Virus record (IMG/VR): IMGVR_UViG_3300012147_000001
Span: 1-64,000 of that record
Length of the DNA stretch: 64,000 nt
Strand: one strand, 5' to 3'
Source: a virus
In this document: one piece after another, positions 10,553-18,846 of the stretch
Position numbering within the stretch: position 1 is the first letter of the stretch
Layout: the number at the start of each line of letters is the position of its first letter
Position numbers and translations under genes: made by a program
The notes under the pieces: model-generated
Told to the model about the DNA's origin: nothing
Database searches by the model: none
Seen by the model: the letters and a program-made list of their open reading frames with translations, nothing else

Positions 10553-10772
10553 GTTCTGTTCCTACTCTTTTTTTATATTCTGTCATAAACTGTGTATCAG
10601 CTCTTTGAGCTAATTCTATAGTTTGACCTCGACCTGTCATTATATTGGAACGACAAGCTACATAACCACCTTCAGGGTGTTTTTCAAAATGAATTGTTTG
10701 TCTGAATGTCCAATCAAATTGTTGATAGGGAGATAATTGATTCCATACGTTTACATGTATTGGATTAATCAT
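10542..10772 (-). CDS. Hypothetical protein
   Basis: 76-aa ORF with AAAGGT RBS. Confidence 0.6.
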   Translation of the reverse strand: MINPIHVNVWNQLSPYQQFDWTFRQTIHFEKHPEGGYVACRSNIMTGRGQTIELAQRADTQFMTEYKKRVGTEHDK

Positions 10773-10910
10773 AAAAATACCTTTAATAAAAACTCCTTAC
10801 AGTTGACACTGTAAAGAGATAACTTCGGAGAAAGTTATTAAAAAATGCTTTTATTTAATACTGTAGGGAATCACCACAAAACCTACAAAATAAAAGCATT
10901 TATTGATAAC

Positions 10911-11198
10911 TTACTTTATTTTATTCCATTCAGTCCAGTTAACAGCACCAAGACGTTGTGTACGATACAATGATTCAATAATTTCAATTCCATCAGATTC
11001 TTCAATAGTAGCAAGTTTTACCATACATTCAGCATGATACATGTGCATTCCTTGTGTAAACCAATAAAATGCTAAACAATTACAAGCAGCAACATCCATA
11101 GGAATGTTTTTATGTTTACAACTATCTAAATGTTCTGGTGGATTCTCTTGAAAAGCTATTTTAACAACTTTGTTAAATAATTCTTGAGTAATAGTCAT
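10911..11198 (-). CDS. Hypothetical protein
   Basis: 95-aa ORF with AAGGA RBS. Confidence 0.6.
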   Translation of the reverse strand: MTITQELFNKVVKIAFQENPPEHLDSCKHKNIPMDVAACNCLAFYWFTQGMHMYHAECMVKLATIEESDGIEIIESLYRTQRLGAVNWTEWNKIK

Positions 11199-11223
11199 AA
11201 TATTCCTTAAATTAAAAAGCCCA

Positions 11224-11415
11224 TTACTGAGCTTTTTGTTTTTGTTCTTTAGACCAAGCTAAATATTGTTGAGTTATAATAGCAGCAAATAAAATAACAC
11301 CAACAACAACAGCTATAATGGCAATGATTGGCATAATTAAGGTTAGCGATATAGCTAATACCCCAATTACACAAATCATACTAAAGATACCAAGACCTTT
11401 AAACCAGTTTAACAT
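11224..11415 (-). CDS. Small membrane protein
   Basis: 63 aa with a long hydrophobic stretch (about 2 TM); TAATG coupling to the upstream gene. Confidence 0.65.
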   Translation of the reverse strand: MLNWFKGLGIFSMICVIGVLAISLTLIMPIIAIIAVVVGVILFAAIITQQYLAWSKEQKQKAQ

Positions 11416-11861
11416 TAATCAAAAATACCATTTTTTTCTGGCACTGGTACTAGTTCTGGTTCTGGTTCAAAAGATAATGCTGCTGCATTGTTTAAATTTA
11501 CAGAATCGTCTTCTTCTTCTTCCAAATCAGGTTCAGATTCAATTTGTCCTAAATCGGATTCAGGAGTTTGTACTGGCATACAAACTTCTTCTTCATTAAA
11601 ATCTTCTTCTGATTCACTAGTTTCTGGTAAATCATTAGACGATTGAACTGAACCTGACACCGTTGAATTAGCAATAATGCTAGGCTTTTCTTGAATATTA
11701 ATTGTAGCTGTTACTTCTGGTACTGGTTTGTCAGCAGACTTACGCCCAACAATAACAGTTACATCAATTTCTCTGCCACCAACACACATGTTTAAATCAG
11801 TAGCAAGATATTGAATTAACGCTTTTTTAATAGCGTTAGTATTTAATGTCATAGTAATCAT
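11415..11861 (-). CDS. Conserved N4-like hypothetical protein with acidic C-terminus (gp47-like position)
   Basis: Start moved to MITMTL (AAAGGA RBS); follows RuvC as in N4. Confidence 0.6.
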   Translation of the reverse strand: MITMTLNTNAIKKALIQYLATDLNMCVGGREIDVTVIVGRKSADKPVPEVTATINIQEKPSIIANSTVSGSVQSSNDLPETSESEEDFNEEEVCMPVQTPESDLGQIESEPDLEEEEDDSVNLNNAAALSFEPEPELVPVPEKNGIFD

Positions 11862-11871
11862 GGTTTTTCCT

Positions 11872-12444
11872 TTATATAAATAACATTGATTTTTTAAAAG
11901 TTTCAGATTTAACACCAGCAACAATAGCTGCAAGTGCGTCTGCACAGTGTTCGTTTTTATTTAACATTTTACCTCCACGCTTTAACCAATCAGCTTCAGG
12001 TAACATTTTAGTAGCCCAATCAAGCATTTCTGCTTTAGTGGCTGTCTTAGTTTTACATGCTGCCATTTTAAGTTCAGTTGGAGATAGAATAAAAATAGGA
12101 ACTTCGACCCAAGCAAATAATCCAACACAAATACCATAAGAAGCCATAGCTCTAGCAGTTTGAGAACCAACTGGCATTTCAACAAACACAAAATCAACGT
12201 CTTTTAACATACGCTTAAGAAAGTTTTTATGTAGTTTGGCTCTAGCCAAATCTTCTTCGTTTTTTCTTGATATTTTTGATTTGTTTGGAACAGTTTCTGA
12301 TAGTTCCATGCTTAGATATTTGAAAGCTTCTACTCTACAACTATCACTTAAATTAAGTGTCAGTTGCATTTTAATAGCTCCAAAGTTAGATAATGAAGGG
12401 TCTAATCCCAAAACGGTGTAATGCTTAATTTTGGCTTTTTGCAT
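11872..12444 (-). CDS. RuvC-like Holliday junction resolvase (N4 gp46-like)
   Basis: Acidic motifs LGLDPSLSNFG, VFVEMP and EHCADALAAI. Confidence 0.85.
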   Translation of the reverse strand: MQKAKIKHYTVLGLDPSLSNFGAIKMQLTLNLSDSCRVEAFKYLSMELSETVPNKSKISRKNEEDLARAKLHKNFLKRMLKDVDFVFVEMPVGSQTARAMASYGICVGLFAWVEVPIFILSPTELKMAACKTKTATKAEMLDWATKMLPEADWLKRGGKMLNKNEHCADALAAIVAGVKSETFKKSMLFI

Positions 12445-12509
12445 ATTACTCTAATAAAAATGGGAACATTAAGTTCCCATATTAGTTAATATAATTGACC
12501 AAATCAAGC

Positions 12510-13298
12510 TTAATGGTTAGGTTCGTTGTCTTTACTACCAAATAAACTTTCAGTTGGTTGATGACCTTGACCGCCAGCAGATTTAGCTTCACCAGCAAAA
12601 GGACTAGCACCAGTTTTAGGAGCGTTAGGAAGTTCTTTATAGTTGTCTTGAACTTGACCTTGGTTTTTATTAATCCATTTTTTAATAAAAGCAGCTTCAC
12701 TTGGAGAATCAGCAGTATGTGCTTTAATTTCTGTTTTGGTTTTTGAAGTTTCAAAATCAAAATATTTATTAACTTCATTAAAAACACGTTCTTCATTAGT
12801 TTTAACGTAATTAGAACCTTGTTTAACAGTTTTGTTTTCACGAATTTTAAGCAAACCAACTTTAACTTGCTTGCCACGAAGCTCAGGATAAACTGTAACA
12901 GATGTTGGTACTTCTTTTTGAAGTATTCCATCATACAATTTAATAGTAGCTTCTTGTGAGTCTAATTGAGTAAGACTCTTGTTTAATAACAGGTCAACCA
13001 TAAAGTCTACATGCGAAAATCCAGGTAATGGGAATTTTTTACCCTCTTTTTCGTAGTATGGTTTATTACCTTTAGTATCACCTGATGTAATGTACTGTCG
13101 GTCAGTGTGCTTACGACCGTCTTTATCTACCAATACTGTCATAAAACCAAGAGCACCACTTTTTGATTTAAGTGTATAAGCAAGTTCTATACGATAATCG
13201 TAAACATTACTGTCTACAGCACCTGTACCACCAAGAACATCTCTTTCTTCAGTAGTTTCTGTTCCAGCCATTTCTTGTTGTAAATTTGATAAGGACAT
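12510..13298 (-). CDS. Single-stranded DNA-binding protein (N4 gp45-like; late transcription activator in N4)
   Basis: E.RD.LGG, SKSGA, YYEKEGKKFPLPGF and NEVNKYF motifs; synteny after the Sak4 gene. Confidence 0.85.
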   Translation of the reverse strand: MSLSNLQQEMAGTETTEERDVLGGTGAVDSNVYDYRIELAYTLKSKSGALGFMTVLVDKDGRKHTDRQYITSGDTKGNKPYYEKEGKKFPLPGFSHVDFMVDLLLNKSLTQLDSQEATIKLYDGILQKEVPTSVTVYPELRGKQVKVGLLKIRENKTVKQGSNYVKTNEERVFNEVNKYFDFETSKTKTEIKAHTADSPSEAAFIKKWINKNQGQVQDNYKELPNAPKTGASPFAGEAKSAGGQGHQPTESLFGSKDNEPNH

Positions 13299-13330
13299 TT
13301 TATGTCTCCGTTGTTTTTAATTTTTAATTC

Positions 13331-13356
13331 AAATAAACCCTACGAAGTAGGGTATT
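13331..13356 (-). terminator. Hairpin/terminator after the Sak4 gene
   Basis: Minus strand ACCCTAC-TTCG-TAGGGT followed by TTATTT. Confidence 0.5.
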
Positions 13357-14083
13357 AAGGTTTGTAGTATTCTTCTAATCTGTCAAACACTAACTGCAAG
13401 TCATTATCTACGTAGATTTGGTTTCTATTCCACATAGCTAAAGGTGCTCTCATACGCTCATTTACAGTTTCTTTAGTTAAACGAGTTTGAAAGCAGTGCT
13501 TAAATCCTTCTAATTGGTCGTCTTCAGTAATATTTAATTGAGGACTTTTTTGACTAAGTGATTCAAGTTTAGATACATTAACTCGTTTAGTACTAATAAC
13601 ATTTGAAAAGTAAGATTCAATACCTTGAGCCATAAGAGAACCTTTAACTTTAACTAAAGTTTCAGTTACCATTTCACCTTCATTAAAAATGTCAGCAGTG
13701 TGAGCTAATATAGCAATTTTTTTATTAGTCTTAGCAACATACTGTTGCATAAGTCTTTTCCAAAATTGAGCATAATCACCCCAAGCAGAACGACCATCGG
13801 TAGCAGTAATAACATAAGTTGATTCATACATGTCCATTAAAAAAGTAGCAGTATCAATAATAATACCGTCAAACTTATCTGCATTTTGGTTCATGTAGTC
13901 AAACGCTTCGTATACTTGCAATGGGTCAGTAATATTGAAAGATTTAAATGTGTTTTTAAATGGCAAAGCTTTGTTGTTTTCGCAATTAAGATACATCCAA
14001 CGTTCTTGGTTTTTTAAATTACGGAGACACATGCTTTTGCCAGTGCCAGTTTTACCTGACACCAAGACAAAATTATTATTCAA
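13355..14083 (-). CDS. Sak4-like AAA ATPase / ssDNA-annealing protein (N4 gp44-like)
   Basis: Walker A GKTGTGKS, Walker B IIIDT, and ILAH motif. Confidence 0.85.
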   Translation of the reverse strand: MNNNFVLVSGKTGTGKSMCLRNLKNQERWMYLNCENNKALPFKNTFKSFNITDPLQVYEAFDYMNQNADKFDGIIIDTATFLMDMYESTYVITATDGRSAWGDYAQFWKRLMQQYVAKTNKKIAILAHTADIFNEGEMVTETLVKVKGSLMAQGIESYFSNVISTKRVNVSKLESLSQKSPQLNITEDDQLEGFKHCFQTRLTKETVNERMRAPLAMWNRNQIYVDNDLQLVFDRLEEYYKP

Positions 14084-16254
14084 GTTATATTTCCTCTTTT
14101 TAAAATAGCTTTAGTTGCTGATGAAAGAATAGTAGATGCTAATTCACTTTCAGTTAAACCATTAGGTAGTTTAGAGTTAAGTTGTTTAACAGCACTTTGT
14201 ACTTCATCATAAGACTTATTAGCGTCTACAAGCATTAAAGCATATTTGATTAATTGATTACTTCGATTACCTTCACCAGTGTTATGAACAAACCAACGTT
14301 CTACATTTGAAAGATTTTGTAAATCTGTCATTTGAGCTTTAAGTTGTTCACTTTTGCTTGTTTTAGGAATAAACAACAAAGCATTTAACATCTCACCATT
14401 GAGATTTTTATAAATGTTTTTATCGTTAGTTAACCATTTACGAGATGGTTGAAAAGTTGTTTCATCAGTTGTTATTGGCAACCAAGAAGATACATTTAAC
14501 ATAAATTGTCTATATTCTTCTTTAGTAAGCTTTAACGTATGACTAAGAGGTAATATTATTCTAAAACGGTCTTCGCCATTTTTTTCACCTTCAACTAAAC
14601 CATGACTTTTAGTGGTATATAAATAATACTTAAAGTCAGATAAAAACACTTTAGTTTCATCTAACGTAGCAGTACCGTCTACATCTAACACAACAAGATT
14701 AAAACCTTGGATTACAGATTCATCATTGCGATAGTTTTTATGCATGTGATGATTAACCCAATTATATGCTGGCATGTTAAACAACATATCTAGTTTATTA
14801 AAAGCAGCAAACTCTGGTTTATAGTTTTCTGCAAAATCCTGACTGTGAGCTAATATCATTTTAGTTAAGTCAGTGACTTGAAGCTTTTCACCTTTAAAAA
14901 ATTCAATACCATCGTTAAATTGACGCTTAATGATTATATTGTTTTTGTAACCCCATGCTGTAGCTAAAGTAACAATCTCTTGTTTTTGGCTTATTGAGCC
15001 ACGATAAAAGGGTAAATCTTCTACAAGGTCAACATTTGTAACTTCATGAGTAACATTTGAAATATACTTAGCAAGTTTTACGTAATTGCGGTCACGAGTA
15101 AGTATTTTAGCAAATTCAACACCTGATTCTTCTGCTCGTTTAAGTGCAGGTAATAAGTGCTTCATAAGAATTTGATAAGAACCGTCAGCAAAAGCATAAC
15201 CACCTGCTAATTTCATAGCTTTAAAATATCGGTGACTAATTTCTGCTTTAAGTATTTCATCATGTTCAGAAAGCTTGTCAGCTTTTTGTTCACACATCAT
15301 GCGATACTTAATCCACTCAAGAGCAACATCTTTATCCATGACTAACTCAGCGTTAAAGTGAGTAATATCAGCCATACGCTCAAAAGAAGCAGCAAGCTTG
15401 TGTAAACCTGTAGCTGAAACTGCATTAGTGGCAGCAATGTAAGCTTCTTCTGGTGTCATATCTACACGCTTATTAGTGCGAGCAGTATACGAAAATAAAC
15501 ATCTACGAGCATAACCAGTTTCAAACATAGACATTAATTCTTCTTCAACTTTACTACCATTTAGTAATTTAGTTGGAGTACCTAAAAGCATAAGATTGGT
15601 GGGAGTTTTACCTTCTATTTCTTCACCACGAATATTTTCATTAGTGTTTTTTGTAAGTTTTGGTTTAATTTTACCTACATCAAACAACTCTAGAAAAGCT
15701 GCTAAAACTTCTTGGTTACTTAATAAATTAGAACCAATTTCATCAATTTCCATGCTTACAGCACCAGCACCACACATCAATAGTTTTTGACGCATTTGTT
15801 TTACTGCTGGAGTAGTAGCACTATCAAAATTAAATACAAACGTACCTAAACGTTCAAACTCAGCGTTAATTAACTTAAGTTCATCATCTGGGTCACGACC
15901 TTTTTTCTTAGCACGAATTGCTGCTAGTTTTGCCAAGTTTACTTCTGCAATTTCTGGTAAAACATCTTCAATAAACCTTGTTCTAAATCCTTTCATAACG
16001 GATTCTTCTATGATGTTTGTTGAGTGACCTTTACCAGTTCCTGACGGTGCAAGTGCTATTGCATACATGTTGACAGGTATAAGACCTCTATCATGCGTTT
16101 TGATATTTATACGCATAACAGAAGCCATTTTACACAGGTTATAATCAACTAATGTACGAAAGAATGATGCACTTGTACTTTGGGTTTTTTCACAAAGAAA
16201 TGTAACTAAATCCTCTGCTTGCTTGAAGTATGGCTCTTTGTTTAAATCAGCCAT
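14080..16254 (-). CDS. DNA primase (N4 gp43/dns-like; P-loop domain plus AEP/PriCT-type C-terminus)
   Basis: APSGTGKG, EIDEIG, VVLDVDG, YTTKSH, RFRIILP and GEGNRSNQL motifs. Confidence 0.85.
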   Translation of the reverse strand: MADLNKEPYFKQAEDLVTFLCEKTQSTSASFFRTLVDYNLCKMASVMRINIKTHDRGLIPVNMYAIALAPSGTGKGHSTNIIEESVMKGFRTRFIEDVLPEIAEVNLAKLAAIRAKKKGRDPDDELKLINAEFERLGTFVFNFDSATTPAVKQMRQKLLMCGAGAVSMEIDEIGSNLLSNQEVLAAFLELFDVGKIKPKLTKNTNENIRGEEIEGKTPTNLMLLGTPTKLLNGSKVEEELMSMFETGYARRCLFSYTARTNKRVDMTPEEAYIAATNAVSATGLHKLAASFERMADITHFNAELVMDKDVALEWIKYRMMCEQKADKLSEHDEILKAEISHRYFKAMKLAGGYAFADGSYQILMKHLLPALKRAEESGVEFAKILTRDRNYVKLAKYISNVTHEVTNVDLVEDLPFYRGSISQKQEIVTLATAWGYKNNIIIKRQFNDGIEFFKGEKLQVTDLTKMILAHSQDFAENYKPEFAAFNKLDMLFNMPAYNWVNHHMHKNYRNDESVIQGFNLVVLDVDGTATLDETKVFLSDFKYYLYTTKSHGLVEGEKNGEDRFRIILPLSHTLKLTKEEYRQFMLNVSSWLPITTDETTFQPSRKWLTNDKNIYKNLNGEMLNALLFIPKTSKSEQLKAQMTDLQNLSNVERWFVHNTGEGNRSNQLIKYALMLVDANKSYDEVQSAVKQLNSKLPNGLTESELASTILSSATKAILKRGNIT

Positions 16255-16311
16255 AGCTGTCCTCTTTTGATTGGTGGAACTTATTAATATAACTTTTTAA
16301 ATGGGGTTTAG

Positions 16312-16770
16312 CTATTTTTTATTAAAACTTTCAGCAGTTCTTTTATAGCTAGTAAGACTTTTGTTTAAATTAAAAATAGCATTTAAAATATTGGGAATAT
16401 CTGCTTGTTTATTAACTGAAAAGCGAATAGTTTCACCAACATGATTAGAAATTAATAAAGGTACATCTACGTCTTTATTAGTGGAATTACTCTTAAAATC
16501 ATTATACTGTCTAAAAAAGTCTTGTATTATCTTAGACTGAGAATGAGTAAACTTTGTTAAGTCTCTTCCACGAGAATCTATTACTTTTAATTCAGTTGGA
16601 GTAATTAAAGAATTTGCAAACTCTCTTTCAGATATATTTCTACGCAACTCGTTTGAAATTTTAGATACTTTAAGAATTTTTAATCTTTCACGTTCGTCAT
16701 ATTGACGAAATAAAACAATAAACATTATTATTAAAGCAATAAAACCAACAACCATTAAAATTTTTTCCAT
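16312..16770 (-). CDS. Membrane-anchored hypothetical protein
   Basis: Start MEKILM after AAGGAG; N-terminal TM helix. Confidence 0.6.
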   Translation of the reverse strand: MEKILMVVGFIALIIMFIVLFRQYDERERLKILKVSKISNELRRNISEREFANSLITPTELKVIDSRGRDLTKFTHSQSKIIQDFFRQYNDFKSNSTNKDVDVPLLISNHVGETIRFSVNKQADIPNILNAIFNLNKSLTSYKRTAESFNKK

Positions 16771-16780
16771 GACTTTCTCC

Positions 16781-17779
16781 TTATAACTCAAGTTGTCCAC
16801 TTAAAATTAAGCGGTCTTTTTGTTTACACAAAGGTGCAGCTTTACAATACTTACAAGCTTTCACTTTGCCAAGTACTGTTTTAACTATTCCTTTGTTTCC
16901 GTCTTTTGCTAACCGAAGGTTAGCTTCAGTGATGTTATCAAAGTTTTTTGTAGCACGAGCTGTTTTAGCTGGGTTTGCGTAATATTTCCACACATCAGCA
17001 TCTTTCCATAATTCTTCTGAAGTACATTCAGGAAGTTGGTGTTCAGGTGCTTTACGATACAATTCTATTTCATTAAAACGGTTATCAATAAATTGCTTAG
17101 TTTTAAATTCACTCATTAATGGAAAAAATTTACTATCAATAGCGGTAGCAGGATAATCAGTACCTACTCTAGAAGCCATCCAATCACCAAACAAAAAAGA
17201 TATTCTAGTAGTATCTTCTAGTATTTGGTCAGGAAATAAAAATCTATAACAACTACCTTGTTTAATGTAGTAATCGTCATTAACTCCTGATGTTATTGCA
17301 TAAGTTTTAGTAAATTTAAAATCTTCTAATTGACCATCAAAATTAAAATCATATTGTCCTGTAAGACTGTACTTATTATTAATTTTTACTGTTCGTCTTT
17401 GTTCCATATAAAGTTTAAAAGTATCATTTAAAACTTCTTCTGGAGCTGGGTTAATTTGTATTTCTTTACCCACTTTAAGAGGAATACCAATATTCACTAA
17501 TAACTCAGGTAAAGCATTCGAGTTCCAAGCATCTTCAATAGCTTGGTGAACAGATTGACCTACTCTTGCATTAAACAAGCTAATAATATCAGGTTGAGTT
17601 TGTTGGTTTGGAGGAAGAAGCATAGCTCTTCTACCTAAAATAATCTGTCTTACTGGTTTAATTATTTCAGTAACAGAAAAAGTATAAGGGTCAGATACAG
17701 CAGAGTGGTTATAACCATCATGCAAAAGCCAAGCAGCAAGTGAAAGTGGTAAATTAAAGTTGTTAGTGTATTTATTCAT
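16781..17779 (-). CDS. PD-(D/E)XK / Cas4-like exonuclease (N4 gp42-like)
   Basis: GQSVHQAIE, GQYD...LEDFK and a C-terminal Cys cluster (CKYC...C). Confidence 0.8.
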   Translation of the reverse strand: MNKYTNNFNLPLSLAAWLLHDGYNHSAVSDPYTFSVTEIIKPVRQIILGRRAMLLPPNQQTQPDIISLFNARVGQSVHQAIEDAWNSNALPELLVNIGIPLKVGKEIQINPAPEEVLNDTFKLYMEQRRTVKINNKYSLTGQYDFNFDGQLEDFKFTKTYAITSGVNDDYYIKQGSCYRFLFPDQILEDTTRISFLFGDWMASRVGTDYPATAIDSKFFPLMSEFKTKQFIDNRFNEIELYRKAPEHQLPECTSEELWKDADVWKYYANPAKTARATKNFDNITEANLRLAKDGNKGIVKTVLGKVKACKYCKAAPLCKQKDRLILSGQLEL

Positions 17780-17987
17780 TTGGTTTTCCTAGAATTACAA
17801 TAGGTTTTTGTGGTTTACGAAGTGTAACTAGTCTTAAACAAATTATTGCAATCCAAAATGCAATAATATCTGCAAAACCAATCATTAAAGACAATTCAAA
17901 CATTTCATCTATACAAATAATGAATGCTATTGGTATACAAATTATTGCAATACAAATAACAAGTATTCTAGATAAAATATCTAGCAT
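17772..17987 (-). CDS. Small two-TM membrane protein
   Basis: Two Ile-rich hydrophobic segments; GGAG RBS. Confidence 0.6.
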   Translation of the reverse strand: MLDILSRILVICIAIICIPIAFIICIDEMFELSLMIGFADIIAFWIAIICLRLVTLRKPQKPIVILGKPNE

Positions 17988-18005
17988 AAAATTTTACTCC
18001 AAAGT

Positions 18006-18347
18006 TTAACTCATAGGTTTAGCTAAATAACCATCGTTATCAGTGTAACCACCAGTATACTCAACAAAGTTTTTAGCATCACGTAAAAGAGGAGGTGTTC
18101 CAGTTTCTTTGATTATTTCTTCTCTATACAACTTTATTGCTGCAATTTTTCTTAAGCCAAAAAATCTATCATGCCAATTTGATGTTTTAGCACCCTCTTT
18201 AAGCATTTCAACAAACATGCGAGGATGGAGAGCAGCAAGAGCTTTACCAGCAGCTTTGTAATCAAGCTTTTCTCCAACAATATCTATCATCATTTTGATA
18301 GTTTCTTCATCGTAAAGAACTTTTTTAGTTGGTAATGGCATTAGCAT
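18006..18347 (-). CDS. Protein with a ribosomal L7/L12 C-terminal-like motif
   Basis: KIAAIKLYRE...LRDAKNFVE resembles the bL12 CTD signature KI..IK..RE..G..LKEAK..VE. Confidence 0.55.
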   Translation of the reverse strand: MLMPLPTKKVLYDEETIKMMIDIVGEKLDYKAAGKALAALHPRMFVEMLKEGAKTSNWHDRFFGLRKIAAIKLYREEIIKETGTPPLLRDAKNFVEYTGGYTDNDGYLAKPMS

Positions 18348-18648
18348 TTTTTCTCATACGTTTGTTACGTAGTTTGCAATTGTGTTTAGGGGTAACTGGT
18401 GTAAGGTGCTCAGGGTTACAACAAGCACGATTACAACATTCGTGGTCTAACTCTTTCTTTTCGATATTTCCACCGACAAGAACAAGGTAAACAATTCTGT
18501 GAGTAACAGAGCGAATACCTTTAAAGTAAGCACGTTGGTAGCCATTAGATGTTGGGTCTTTACCCATGTAGTTCCAGCAACCAGTTTCTTCACATGGCTC
18601 AATACGTTTAGCTATATGATTTGGAAGTTTATTAATTAAATGAATCAT
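18325..18648 (-). CDS. Free-standing HNH endonuclease (HNH_3 / His-Cys type)
   Basis: CWNY.G...NGY, THRIVY and LDHECCNRACCNPEHL..VT...N. Confidence 0.9.
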   Translation of the reverse strand: MIHLINKLPNHIAKRIEPCEETGCWNYMGKDPTSNGYQRAYFKGIRSVTHRIVYLVLVGGNIEKKELDHECCNRACCNPEHLTPVTPKHNCKLRNKRMRKNANAITN

Positions 18649-18659
18649 TGGGAGATTTC

Positions 18660-18846
18660 CTTAATAAGATTTGAATAAGCCTTGCACTTAATCGAGTGAC
18701 ACTACATTCACTTCTGCGATTATCACTTGTCTGCGTCAACTTTTTGTTGAATAAATGGGCTTCGCACCCAATTGTCTAGCAAATTTTCCCACCTACACCC
18801 GTAAGTTTGGCCTTGTAGTCTCTATCAAACACAAAGGGAGCTGGCT
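18660..18846 (-). ncRNA. Candidate structured RNA/leader upstream of the HNH gene
   Basis: GC-richer ~200-nt gap with several stems: CTACA/TGTAG, TGGGT/GCCCA, TCAAC/GTTGA, AGTGA/TCACT, outer GAGCC/GGCTT. Confidence 0.35.

Noticed and set aside
12482-12934. 150-aa alternative-frame ORF over the SSB gene
   Set aside because: L/K/I-rich shadow frame without an RBS
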